Shown: positions 18,788 to 28,173 of the stretch, piece after piece
Layout of the letters: every line of letters begins with the position of its first letter
How positions within the stretch are numbered: position 1 is the stretch's first letter
From: a virus
Lineage: Duplodnaviria > Heunggongvirae > Uroviricota > Caudoviricetes
IMG/VR virus record: IMGVR_UViG_2565956712_000007
Length of the DNA stretch: 42,087 bases
Strand: one strand, 5' to 3'
Notes under the pieces: model-generated
What the model was told of the DNA's origin: nothing
Seen by the model: only the letters and a program-made list of their open reading frames with translations
Databases searched by the model: none
Made by a program: the position numbers and the translations under genes

Positions 18788-21252
18788 CAGAATCCCCCAA
18801 CAGTAAGACGAGGAATAACGGCAAGAACAGACAGCGGCAACGGGTCAAGCTGACGGATTCTTACACGTCCGTTTTTGCCCCAGTTACTGTCCAGTTTCAC
18901 TTCTACTTTTCCGGTAGCGTCATCAACAGGATCATCGTAGAACTCGAATTCACGCTGTGGATATTCGTACCATTTACCGCCGGGCGTAGTCGCCCAGATG
19001 CCACGACTGGCATTCACAACCAGAGTAACGGACGGGATCACCTGTTTTTTGTCCAGCAGCGTTTCCTGTCCGTTAATGTTGATATCCAGTGTTTCGAATT
19101 CAGCAGTTATTGGCAGGCCGATGTGCACTACAGCCCCAGGTGATTCCAGCGTGACGGCACCTCCGGAAACCACTTTCTGTGGTTCCACGTTCGCATCAGA
19201 GAGAATGTTTACGGTCTGGCCTTCAAGATGAGACAGGCCTCCAAATGTCCGGCGCGCCATCTGCCAGTTCGTGGTGGCCACATTCCTGAGGGATGGCGGG
19301 ACGTTCCTGTTAGCACGAACCACTACAGCGGTATTGCTGGTTACAGAAATAATGTCGCAACGTAATTCTTTTGACACTTCAGTATCAGGATCAGTTCCGG
19401 TATAAGGGAACTGTAGTTGCGCGCCGACATCACTACTGGTGAAGTACGCACCACCAGAAACACTGATTGTATATTCCGCACGGTAATCCCATTCACCAGA
19501 ACCACCAGTGATGGTCATCGTTCTGTCAGACGTATTTCTTCCATCATAGCTAAGGCCAGAATCAACAAAGAAAGCATCTTCATCGCTGGTAAATAAACGG
19601 CTGGACAGTCGCTCTATGTATCTCACTGTTTGCCCGTTAACGGTTCGGTTAACGACGAAATACACCGCATCTTCATTGCCTTCGCTGATACTGCATGTGC
19701 TTTCATATTTTCCGGTACTGGATTGTGGTGCCCATGCAAAAACCTGCTGATCACGCAAATAGGTCATCACCAGTAATTTACCGTCATCACGAATGCAGAA
19801 GGCGCTGGAGTAAGGGACAATCGAGAAGCACCAGTCAACAATGCTGTGCTTCTGAAAAAGATGATTGGCAAGGATGGTCAGGTCGTTCCCCTGATAGCCG
19901 TCAACATCGAATGAGTAGGCCAGATCACGGACAACACTGCCTTTCTCCTGGACGAACAGAGCAATATTCGCCACGGCAATTGGTGGGACATTGCTCGAGC
20001 CATTTGATCCCTGAGAGCTGAATGCAAATGATGATGGGGTAAGCACTTTGTTCTGGTCGCCAGTGATGACGTACTCACCTCCGGAAGTCAGCGCCACCAG
20101 CGAACCAACATCAATCAGGTGACGGATCTCATTAACCTGACGCCCGGCATAGGTGTAGATAATTCTGTCGTCATCCTGCGTAGGATTGCTTTTGCCAAAA
20201 TCCTTATAATCCCCGGTACGGCTGGCCCAGATAGTCTGAGGGAACGCAGTCGATGCGGCGAAGTAAAGGCGTTGTTGATAATAAACAACAGTGCCAGGAT
20301 AACCGTTAATACTGTTCCAGGCATATTTAGCCCATTTATAGCTGGCATTATCCTCGCCAACTACCTGCGAAGGGATATAGGAAATCACCTCGGCAGTTGC
20401 AGTAGTTCCATTTGCAGCAGAGATACGGGCAATGCCAAAACCACTGTGCAGATACTCCCACTCAATGCCGGTATCATCATCACCGGATCCGCCCCAGCCA
20501 TCCCATGATGTGCCTTCTGTATGCGAAGGGCGCAAAGTGCCTGTTTTGCCTGCTGTAACGGCGCGATAGTAGTTACTGTCTGCACGGCGAATATCGCCAA
20601 TCGACGTACTCTTACTGGTTTCCCATACCGGCACAGAATCCACTGCAGGCTGTTCCAGATAGAACAATTTGCCTACCTGCTCCGCGCCAAAAATTGAGGC
20701 GCTTGCCGTTAACGTAATTGTCCCGGTGCTGGCGCTGGCATAAACCGTCACTGACTCGTCAATATTGATATCTTCAAATGGCCCGTTCTTCGTTACCACA
20801 TCAACCAGTTGCCAGTTGTCATGCGCATAGCGGCGCAACTCTTTCGGCGGGTATGCCGGATGAACCAGCGTAAGCACGTCTGCGCTTTGCGTGAATTTAA
20901 TTCGGAACAGATCGGCTTCAGTATATGGCGTGGCAATTTCATAAATAACATTGCTGCTGTTCAGCACCAACGCACCATCTTTGATAACGCGCATGTACTG
21001 GTGTCCGAACTCCAGAGCATAAGTCTGAACCGTCGAGAACTGGAACGGGATCAGGCGGCATTTCCGATTTGGGTATTTGGCGGCACCGACAAAACGCGTA
21101 CCAGGTCGATTCTCAACGCCGCCATACTGCCGCACGATAAAGTTATCGCACTTGCGCAATGCCACCTGGTACTTCGCCATGTCGATACGACCGTACAACG
21201 ACGGTCCAATCTCACCACCGGCAAAGCTGGGCTGGATCCAACTGATAGCCAT
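18787..21252 (-). CDS. Tail tubular protein B-like / nozzle protein (821 aa)
   Basis: Size and position after a roughly 200-aa tube-A-like gene in a T7-like order. Confidence 0.65.
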   Translation of the reverse strand: MAISWIQPSFAGGEIGPSLYGRIDMAKYQVALRKCDNFIVRQYGGVENRPGTRFVGAAKYPNRKCRLIPFQFSTVQTYALEFGHQYMRVIKDGALVLNSSNVIYEIATPYTEADLFRIKFTQSADVLTLVHPAYPPKELRRYAHDNWQLVDVVTKNGPFEDINIDESVTVYASASTGTITLTASASIFGAEQVGKLFYLEQPAVDSVPVWETSKSTSIGDIRRADSNYYRAVTAGKTGTLRPSHTEGTSWDGWGGSGDDDTGIEWEYLHSGFGIARISAANGTTATAEVISYIPSQVVGEDNASYKWAKYAWNSINGYPGTVVYYQQRLYFAASTAFPQTIWASRTGDYKDFGKSNPTQDDDRIIYTYAGRQVNEIRHLIDVGSLVALTSGGEYVITGDQNKVLTPSSFAFSSQGSNGSSNVPPIAVANIALFVQEKGSVVRDLAYSFDVDGYQGNDLTILANHLFQKHSIVDWCFSIVPYSSAFCIRDDGKLLVMTYLRDQQVFAWAPQSSTGKYESTCSISEGNEDAVYFVVNRTVNGQTVRYIERLSSRLFTSDEDAFFVDSGLSYDGRNTSDRTMTITGGSGEWDYRAEYTISVSGGAYFTSSDVGAQLQFPYTGTDPDTEVSKELRCDIISVTSNTAVVVRANRNVPPSLRNVATTNWQMARRTFGGLSHLEGQTVNILSDANVEPQKVVSGGAVTLESPGAVVHIGLPITAEFETLDININGQETLLDKKQVIPSVTLVVNASRGIWATTPGGKWYEYPQREFEFYDDPVDDATGKVEVKLDSNWGKNGRVRIRQLDPLPLSVLAVIPRLTVGGF

Positions 21253-21860
21253 CAGGACAACCTCGCAATGGTAAACTCGTCAACCGGTGGCTGTGGTTCC
21301 TGTGATTCATTCTGGCTATGCGAGCCAGCACTAAGAATCACGCGATTGTACATATTGAGGGCAAACGTACCGAGGTCTGCATTCCCAGTGAGCGCCATGT
21401 TAATAGCTGCCGCAAGACGCCAGGCCAACGCCTCCATAAAAATGGCATCAAACATGTTCACATCTGAAACGCGAGAGACATACTTGAGCCATGCCTGCGG
21501 CTGGTCTGTGTAGATCAACTTTCCTGTTCCGTTGGTGTCTGCACCAACTTCGTACTGAACGCGCATTGCTGCTGTTGGATTGCGTACACCAGGAAGCATA
21601 ATTTCAGTAATGCGCAGACAATCGGACGGGTACTGGTACGCATATTCCCAGTCAGGCGGTGGATTGCTCGTATCTGCAAGCGCCACGCGTTTGGTAGCAA
21701 AGTTCCAGTCAAAATCAGAAAGAACAGCATCACGGCAGGCCTCAAAGTGCAGCGAACATTCCCCCGCTTCCTTGCTGGCTTCCGTCAGGCTGTTAATACT
21801 GCGGCTGTTGCCAATATTGGACAGCGCACGATTACAGATCTCTACTACAGAGGCCATCAC
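21252..21860 (-). CDS. Tail tubular protein A-like / adaptor (202 aa)
   Basis: Size and position. Confidence 0.55.
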   Translation of the reverse strand: MMASVVEICNRALSNIGNSRSINSLTEASKEAGECSLHFEACRDAVLSDFDWNFATKRVALADTSNPPPDWEYAYQYPSDCLRITEIMLPGVRNPTAAMRVQYEVGADTNGTGKLIYTDQPQAWLKYVSRVSDVNMFDAIFMEALAWRLAAAINMALTGNADLGTFALNMYNRVILSAGSHSQNESQEPQPPVDEFTIARLS

Positions 21861-22186
21861 TCACCTCCGTTACCGTACAGAGTTTCAGCCGCTGATTTTT
21901 CTACATCCCTGGAAACAGGAGCGATCGCCATATCAGTGATCTGCAGATCGGCGCTGCGATTAACACCATCGTCAGTTTCTCTGGCAGACAGGCCTCGAAT
22001 AACAGCCTTTGCAGTTATCATCACTTCTGTTCCGACGCCCTGAGGTTGCGCCTTCAGCTTATTCAATGTGTCGTTATTAAGAGTGATGCACAGCCCCCAC
22101 GGGTATTCATCGCGAGTTCTGGTTTCTCCGCTCTCATCCTGGTAGCTGTCAGTGCCGGTTTTGAGGTTTACGAGTTCCATATACAC
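21857..22186 (-). CDS. Structural protein, hypothetical (109 aa)
   Basis: Late-operon position, RBS AGGAGTG. Confidence 0.55.
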   Translation of the reverse strand: MYMELVNLKTGTDSYQDESGETRTRDEYPWGLCITLNNDTLNKLKAQPQGVGTEVMITAKAVIRGLSARETDDGVNRSADLQITDMAIAPVSRDVEKSAAETLYGNGGE

Positions 22187-22230
22187 TCCTGCAATAAAGG
22201 GGCCGAAGCCCCTTGTCGGATTCGCGAGGC

Positions 22231-22575
22231 TTACACGCCCAGTTCTTTACGCTTATCTGCGATCTTCTCTCGGAGCGTTTCGGCTTTAGCGTTATGGTGT
22301 GGCTTCTCGTTAAAGAGCAATTCGTACTCTTCACGGAGCTTATCCAGTTCACCATCATCTGACACATCGTTGATGATTTTGGTGCTGGTTGCTGCCATAG
22401 ACACCTTTCCTGCTACCTTTGCTTTTGCCTGTCTGGCTGCATCGTTAACAGGTTCCAGTGCGCTACCAGGCTCACCTTCGTATTCGATTTCTGCCCCCTC
22501 CGGCCACAGTGTGTTATGGATATGAGAGAGGCGCAGAACGCGGTATCTTGGTTTCTCACCTGACATCGATATCAC
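22231..22575 (-). CDS. Structural protein, hypothetical (114 aa)
   Basis: Late-operon position; followed by an intercistronic hairpin. Confidence 0.55.
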   Translation of the reverse strand: MISMSGEKPRYRVLRLSHIHNTLWPEGAEIEYEGEPGSALEPVNDAARQAKAKVAGKVSMAATSTKIINDVSDDGELDKLREEYELLFNEKPHHNAKAETLREKIADKRKELGV

Positions 22576-22576
22576 C

Positions 22577-23014
22577 TTAACCAGTTACTTTTGAGCGGAT
22601 CGGGTACGGCGTATTGGCATCAACATCCAGACTGATACCCGCAGTGAATTTGCCGGCCGTTAGTGGGCCAGTTGCGACGGAGTAGTTAACACGCAGATAT
22701 CGCTGAACACCGGCTGGCACCTTTGCAGAAACAACTCGCTTACCTGCTGTCAGGGTGGCCTTTGCCAACGCACCACTATCATAAATAGTGGTCCAAGAGC
22801 TGTTATTCTCACTCGTCTGCAACTGGATGTTTACAGTTGCCTCACCACTTGCCGTGGCGGCTTCGTTAACCAGCACCCAAAACTCAAGCGGGTAACCCAC
22901 ACCGATATCGCGACGGTTTCCATCAATTGGACCGAGATCGATTACGTCAGTAGAAGCCGCGGTATTCGTAACCGCCTGAGCTTCGGAGAACATCAACAGT
23001 TTGTCGGTGATCAT
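22577..23014 (-). CDS. Head-associated protein, hypothetical (145 aa)
   Basis: Immediately downstream of capsid gene, GGAGA RBS. Confidence 0.55.
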   Translation of the reverse strand: MITDKLLMFSEAQAVTNTAASTDVIDLGPIDGNRRDIGVGYPLEFWVLVNEAATASGEATVNIQLQTSENNSSWTTIYDSGALAKATLTAGKRVVSAKVPAGVQRYLRVNYSVATGPLTAGKFTAGISLDVDANTPYPIRSKVTG

Positions 23015-23065
23015 CTTCTTTCTCCATTAGTGGGTCTGTTACGACCCACAGGTTAATAACAGGCG

Positions 23066-24058
23066 TTACACCACGCGGGCTTCTGTTTCCAGAAGCGCAT
23101 CAGTTTCACGGATTGGTACACCACGGAATGACGTCCACCACTCGCCTTCAGTCTCTTTTACGCTAATCGCCAGAGATGTTTTCTCCAGAGACTGCAGATC
23201 AAGAGCCTGGCCTACAGTGCGGTTCATGTAGAACACCGGGCGACCCATGCCACGGTTTGGAATGCGATGCAGTGCTTTAACCATCAACTTCGCAATATTT
23301 GCGGCAGAGGAAGGTTCTGAAAGATTGCTGACATCGATGTTTGCAATGCGAACAACATAACGCCAGTCACGCAGAGCAAGTCCGTTGTCCCATTTGTAAT
23401 GGGTACGGTAGCCTTCGTACTTGCCGCCATTAGCATCTTCCAGTGTCACCTGGCCTTTATCTTCCATCTGAATGCCAGCCTTCTGCCCTTTCGGGAAGAT
23501 GCCATGCACGGTGTTTTCGCCCCACACCACTAACCAGATTGAGGTGTTATCTGTGCCCGTGCCACCAGCATCAATGATGTTCTGAGCATTACCTGCAGAC
23601 AGGCTGGAATAGCGGGAGGACAGTCCCATAAACTGCTGAGGGTTAACGCTGGAATCACCATAAAACAGCGTCTGCGCCATCTGCTGATTCATCGCTTCAA
23701 TAAATGCGCGGTCTTCAGACAGGCGGAATTCGGCGGTATTGCCGTTCAGATCAGCCAGTGACTTATCGACTTCAGCATAGGTTTCCAGCATGCCAACGGA
23801 ATCGGTTACCTGCACTGTGGTTGATTTGCTTGGCTGTACGCCATAGTTCAGCAAACGCCAGGTAGCTGAAGGTAAACCAGAACGAATGGTGGTTCGGTGT
23901 CCGGTAGGAAGGTTCCCTTCGACAAAAGGCATATCCTGAAGGATCGGGTTAGTTTGACCGAGAAGCTCGATAATCTTATCGACTTTCCCGTTTGGATCGA
24001 CGCGCTTACCCCAGTCAGCCAGCGTTAGCGCAGTTAAGCCTTTAACAGCCATTGTCAT
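23066..24058 (-). CDS. Major capsid protein (330 aa)
   Basis: Position after the scaffold-like gene; size; followed by an intercistronic hairpin. Confidence 0.75.
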   Translation of the reverse strand: MTMAVKGLTALTLADWGKRVDPNGKVDKIIELLGQTNPILQDMPFVEGNLPTGHRTTIRSGLPSATWRLLNYGVQPSKSTTVQVTDSVGMLETYAEVDKSLADLNGNTAEFRLSEDRAFIEAMNQQMAQTLFYGDSSVNPQQFMGLSSRYSSLSAGNAQNIIDAGGTGTDNTSIWLVVWGENTVHGIFPKGQKAGIQMEDKGQVTLEDANGGKYEGYRTHYKWDNGLALRDWRYVVRIANIDVSNLSEPSSAANIAKLMVKALHRIPNRGMGRPVFYMNRTVGQALDLQSLEKTSLAISVKETEGEWWTSFRGVPIRETDALLETEARVV

Positions 24059-24066
24059 TTCCTCTC

Positions 24067-24768
24067 TTATTTGCCATAGAGCACTTCGGCCGCACTACGC
24101 TGGCCTTCATTACCACCGGTGACCATGCCATCTTCAGACATCGCCTTTCCGATTTTCACGAACGTTTTGACCAGGTCAGGGTGATTACCCAGTCCGGTGG
24201 TGTTCAGATATTCTTTGAGTTCAGGTGTCCCGAACTGGTCAAGCGCACGCTGTGCGGCGCTAAGGTTAGAAATCAACTTGTCGCCACCGATTTCTTTGTC
24301 AGCTTTTACATCCGCAGCCCACTGCTCGGTTGTTTTCTGCCAGGCTTCTGCCTGGCGCTGCTGAACACCTGCCAGAATCTTCGGATAAGCATCAACCAGC
24401 TTTTGCGCTTGCTCGTTGGTCAGGTTTAGTTCTCGCGCCACCGGCTCGAATTCCTTCAACGCTTCTGTATCCAGCTCTACGCCTTCGGCAGCCTGAAACT
24501 CGTACTTCTCAGGCGCACCCTCTGGTTTATCGCCGCCCTTTTTTTCATCCTGCTTATCGTTTTCAGGCTTTTTGTCATCAGCAGGTTTATCGCCATCAGA
24601 AACAGGTTGTGGCTTATCACCTTCCTGTTGTGATGGATCACCAACTGGAGCAGGGTTATCATCTGCATGCGCTGACGGTTCTGACGCAGCCGGAGCTGCC
24701 CCACCATCGACTTGTTGCTCATTGCAAAGACGGCGATACAGCAAACGCTCAAATAAACTCATGATCAC
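24067..24768 (-). CDS. Scaffolding protein (acidic, low complexity)
   Basis: Acidic, Pro/Asp/Lys-rich N-terminus with helical C-terminus; between portal and capsid. Confidence 0.65.
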   Translation of the reverse strand: MIMSLFERLLYRRLCNEQQVDGGAAPAASEPSAHADDNPAPVGDPSQQEGDKPQPVSDGDKPADDKKPENDKQDEKKGGDKPEGAPEKYEFQAAEGVELDTEALKEFEPVARELNLTNEQAQKLVDAYPKILAGVQQRQAEAWQKTTEQWAADVKADKEIGGDKLISNLSAAQRALDQFGTPELKEYLNTTGLGNHPDLVKTFVKIGKAMSEDGMVTGGNEGQRSAAEVLYGK

Positions 24769-25061
24769 TCCTGTTCACTGGCCTCTTTGGCCATCTTCAA
24801 ATACTGTTCAGGGCAATGCGCCATAACGCGCTGAAACAGTTCCAGCGCCAGATTGCGTTGCCCCTCATTAAATGCCATTGCCATAGCATCCATCGGAGAG
24901 ATAGCGGAAAACACCCGGCCTTTCTCCAGCACCGACCAGACAACGCGACGCCCCTGTTCACTGCTCATGACAAAGCGAATGTCATCAATTTCACGCTGTG
25001 CCATGTCACGTTGCTTACGGGCGTTTTCTTCTTTCAGTTGATCGTCTTCGTAATCTGTCAT
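24765..25061 (-). CDS. Hypothetical protein (98 aa) between portal and scaffold
   Basis: Overlapping start/stop coupling with neighbours. Confidence 0.5.
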   Translation of the reverse strand: MTDYEDDQLKEENARKQRDMAQREIDDIRFVMSSEQGRRVVWSVLEKGRVFSAISPMDAMAMAFNEGQRNLALELFQRVMAHCPEQYLKMAKEASEQE

Positions 25062-26737
25062 TGTGATTGCCCACCCTGACCACTAACTGCATTCGCCATA
25101 GCTGACAACACACTCGGATCCGAAGTTTTAGCTTCGCTTAGCGTCTTGGCCCCCTGTGCCGCCGCCATCCCCATCGCCATCATTTGTTGCTGCTGTTGTT
25201 GCTGTGCCCGTTGCTGGCGAGCCTGCTCAACCTGTTCCTGCGGAACAATGACGGTTGGAGACACTCCGGACATATCAGCGAATGCATCGATCGCCTGATC
25301 AACGTTGAGTTTGTCGAGAGCTTCTGGTTTCGCTTGCGCAAGTTGACCAATGAAGTTAACCGTGGACGCCAGACTGGACAGGCCGATAGACTTCTGCGCC
25401 TGAGCCATGACGGAAATGTATTCGACCTTCAGGGGCATGCCTTCCATCGCGTCAGGCGGTGGCGGCAGCATGTTTTTGCGCACCATCATCGAGAAAGCGC
25501 GGTCAATGAGAGGATTAAGACATTCGTCGTTCAGACGCTCCAGAACCGGCCCCAACATCAGAAGTTTTTCTTCTTTCATTTCGATCACCGCTTCAACAGG
25601 CATCGAGCGGGTATTGATGTTCTGCAACATCATGAACAGATCGACAAAGTAGGCGCTGTTAATGATTTGACGAGTGTCCTGAATGTCTGCCACCAAATCT
25701 GCTGTACTGGGGTTAACCAGATAAGCAGGCCTGAAGCCATCCTGACCAGTAATCTGATCGATATACGTGATGTCGCCAGGAAGAAGGGAGGCGCGCTGAT
25801 TCTTGAGGGAATTCGGAGCAACCATCGGCGGATTGGTGGCTTTATCAATCAACTGCGACTTGCGCTTCTGGAGAAGCTGCAATGCCTTAACAGGTCCAAG
25901 CGCCAGCATACCCGGGCATGATGATCCATAAACATCTTCGCCGTTAACTTCCCAGCGCGGAGCCATAATTGGAAACTCATCGAATCCGGACTCACGCAAC
26001 AACTTGTCGTTATCTCCACCAACCTCGTAATAAACCGATTTGAATGGCTTGTTCTTGCTATCCAGCTTCGATGTATCGCGGTCAATGTTCGGGTAAACCG
26101 AATGCATCACTTCGATCCACTTCTCGTAGGTGCCGCTTTCCCACATGCTTTTTACGGATTCGCTGACGTTATTTAGCCCGAACTCCTGAACAAGCTGACG
26201 AACAGTCATAGAGAACTTGCGAAAACAGGTGTCAACACTGCCACGAGGTGAGTTAGCCAGGTAGTAACTGCCTATCGGGAATGGCATTGTGCGAATGATG
26301 TCCTCGTCATCCTCCAGCACTGCCATTGCACCAGTGCTGTATGTGCCGAGGCTTCCGTATAACTGCGGAAGAGACTGGTAGAGATTCGACTTATTGAACA
26401 TATCGTTCATGCGGTTCTGAACTGCCTCAAGCCACAACTTAACAGGGCCATAATCCATCATTTCAGGATCTGGCGTAGCCAGGCGAAACCACGGACGCGC
26501 GGGGCTTGTGATGCCTGACATCATGCCGCTGGCGAGAGTGCGCGCCGCCATAGTCCCGGTCGAATCAATAATGCGTGTATTGCGCCGATCGTTACGGTTG
26601 GCCTCAGAAGTCAGAAAGCGGGAACCACGCGGGTTGATGTAATCACTCAACTCGCGCCAGTGCGGCTCGAACGACTGACGCTCGCTTTCAAGTTGTGCGA
26701 ACTGTTTGTTCAATCGCTCTTTAGTTGTTTCCGCCAT
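25058..26737 (-). CDS. Portal (head-tail connector), T7-like type
   Basis: 559 aa; Gln/Ala/Met-rich C-terminal tail (QQQQQQQMMAMGMAAAQG) like podovirus connectors. Confidence 0.8.
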   Translation of the reverse strand: MAETTKERLNKQFAQLESERQSFEPHWRELSDYINPRGSRFLTSEANRNDRRNTRIIDSTGTMAARTLASGMMSGITSPARPWFRLATPDPEMMDYGPVKLWLEAVQNRMNDMFNKSNLYQSLPQLYGSLGTYSTGAMAVLEDDEDIIRTMPFPIGSYYLANSPRGSVDTCFRKFSMTVRQLVQEFGLNNVSESVKSMWESGTYEKWIEVMHSVYPNIDRDTSKLDSKNKPFKSVYYEVGGDNDKLLRESGFDEFPIMAPRWEVNGEDVYGSSCPGMLALGPVKALQLLQKRKSQLIDKATNPPMVAPNSLKNQRASLLPGDITYIDQITGQDGFRPAYLVNPSTADLVADIQDTRQIINSAYFVDLFMMLQNINTRSMPVEAVIEMKEEKLLMLGPVLERLNDECLNPLIDRAFSMMVRKNMLPPPPDAMEGMPLKVEYISVMAQAQKSIGLSSLASTVNFIGQLAQAKPEALDKLNVDQAIDAFADMSGVSPTVIVPQEQVEQARQQRAQQQQQQQMMAMGMAAAQGAKTLSEAKTSDPSVLSAMANAVSGQGGQSQ

Positions 26738-26751
26738 TTCAATGACTCCGG

Positions 26752-26958
26752 TTACTGACCAAGCAGCGTTTTACCGCTGGTATTAGCGGTTGATGTGTCG
26801 CCCTGAGAACCGGTAAGCAGCGTAGAACTACGACCAGCAGCAGCGCGACGGCGACGTGTTTCTTCGTCGCGGGCATCAACAACGGCAGCATCCTGCTCCT
26901 GTGGTGCTGCCTGAACTTCTGGTGTTGCAGGCACTGATGGTGAGCTACCCATGCACAT
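26752..26958 (-). CDS. Small hypothetical protein upstream of portal (68 aa)
   Basis: GGAG RBS; low-complexity sequence; could be spurious. Confidence 0.35.
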   Translation of the reverse strand: MCMGSSPSVPATPEVQAAPQEQDAAVVDARDEETRRRRAAAGRSSTLLTGSQGDTSTANTSGKTLLGQ

Positions 26959-27047
26959 ATCAATGACTCCGTACGCAATTAAATTATTACCAATTTAACC
27001 ACATATGATTTATTTATCGTAGATAGTTGACATTTAACGCGCGAATT

Positions 27048-27064
27048 ATTACCTTTCAGGTAAC
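27048..27064. promoter_or_regulatory. Operator-like site ATTACC-TTTCA-GGTAAC
   Basis: Same half-sites and same spacer as the 6573 site. Confidence 0.55.
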
Positions 27065-27385
27065 TAAAGAGTTCATTCCGGTTACTAACCTGACTGGCTT
27101 GTCGTTAAATTGAACAGGTGGAGTGAGCTTTTATTTTGAGCAGTACGGCGTATGGCACATGCGACGATAGCGGTCTGGATACGTTTAAGGGGCACCCTCC
27201 CTTGCTCGGGCAAACGAACCAGGTAGCCGGAATGTGCAAGTCGAGCGGTTTTATTCCGCGCACGGGGATTCACCATCCCGGCGATTCGGTGTGACGCCTC
27301 GGAAGAGACGAGGGTACAACGATGAGAGCATTTATGGAGCCGCGACAAAGTGTGGTGCCTTAACAGGCTAAGTGCTCTCAGCGTT

Positions 27386-27462
27386 GTGGCATTAGCTCAG
27401 TTGGACAGAGCAACCGCCTTCTAAGCGGTTGGTCGCAGGTTCGAATCCTGCATGCCACGCCA
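27386..27462 (+). tRNA. tRNA-Arg (anticodon UCU)
   Basis: Hand-folded cloverleaf: 7-bp acceptor GTGGCAT/ATGCCAC, D-stem GCTC/GAGC, anticodon stem ACCGC/GCGGT with loop CTTCTAA, T-arm GCAGG-TTCGAAT-CCTGC, discriminator G, encoded CCA. Confidence 0.85.
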
Positions 27463-27505
27463 GAATCACGCCTAAGGACCGTGATGCCAGAAGTTCCAGG
27501 GGCTT

Positions 27506-27547
27506 GGCGGTGATGGTTTCCCTTGAAGGACTATCACCGCCCTTTTT
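27506..27547 (+). terminator. Hairpin + T5 downstream of the tRNA
   Basis: 9-bp stem GGCGGTGAT / ATCACCGCC with large loop, then CTTTTT. Confidence 0.5.
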
Positions 27548-27625
27548 ACAGCAGGACGCCATTGCGATGACTTCATGCTGTAAACCAGTACAGCCACGGA
27601 AGGCATAACTCATTGCTTCCAGTTC

Positions 27626-27650
27626 GCCCGGTTCGCCGGGCATTTTTTTA
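27626..27650 (+). terminator. Intrinsic terminator GCCCGG-TTCG-CCGGGC + T7
   Basis: Perfect stem with tetraloop followed by ATTTTTTTA, 10 nt before the moron RBS. Confidence 0.7.
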
Positions 27651-27660
27651 AGGTGAGATT

Positions 27661-28083
27661 ATGAAGACAATTGATATGTTGGCTAAGTATCTAAATGAAT
27701 GGCCATTAAAATATTCTCGTATCGTTCAGGCTGAAGACTGCGTTTTTTATGGCGTTTTTGCTGGTAATGAAATGCATTACGAAGTAATTCAGAGTGAGGG
27801 ACTGACCGGGTTAACTCTTAGCGAAGACCATGGTACTAGCGTTACGTTCCATGACTGGATAACAGCACAACGTTCTGAAATGGAAAAAGGCGATGTGTTT
27901 GATATTTCTCGCGCTGTATACGCCAAAGAAAAAAGTGATGATGATTACATGCGCGAAAACTTATACAACATGAAGTTACAATGCCTGGCTGAAGTGCTTA
28001 GTAAAAGATCTTTACTTGATGTGGTTGGTGCTGAGCAGGACGCCAAGGCAATCAACGCCGCATTCGATAAAATAACCTTCTAA
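27661..28083 (+). CDS. Moron protein (140 aa), function unknown
   Basis: RBS AAGGTGAG; antisense to late operon; own terminator. Confidence 0.6.
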   Translation: MKTIDMLAKYLNEWPLKYSRIVQAEDCVFYGVFAGNEMHYEVIQSEGLTGLTLSEDHGTSVTFHDWITAQRSEMEKGDVFDISRAVYAKEKSDDDYMRENLYNMKLQCLAEVLSKRSLLDVVGAEQDAKAINAAFDKITF

Positions 28084-28087
28084 CGCA

Positions 28088-28099
28088 GTGACATGTCAC
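28088..28099. repeat. 12-bp perfect palindrome GTGACATGTCAC (copy 2)
   Basis: Exact 12-mer, 4 nt after the moron stop, 4 nt before the terminator hairpin. Confidence 0.9.
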
Positions 28100-28103
28100 A
28101 AAC

Positions 28104-28130
28104 AGCCAGCCGATGAGCTGGCTTTGTTTT
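28104..28130 (+). terminator. Intrinsic terminator AGCCAGC-CGATGA-GCTGGCT + TTGTTTT
   Basis: 7-bp perfect stem and T-rich tail. Confidence 0.75.
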
Positions 28131-28173
28131 ATCCTCATCAGAGGATATCAACGACATTATCCCCACCAGCGGA

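Noticed and set aside
27100-27385. Possible second tRNA upstream of tRNA-Arg
   Set aside because: No T-loop (GTTCGAATC-like) or acceptor/anticodon stem arrangement could be built by hand.
27386-27462. tRNA as the prophage attachment site
   Set aside because: tRNA is complete with CCA, sits mid-prophage between terminase and portal, and the integrase is about 14 kb away at the opposite edge.
27392-27643. 83-aa minus-strand ORF overlapping the tRNA
   Set aside because: Lies across a well-folding tRNA and two terminator hairpins; no RBS; composition explained by RNA structure.
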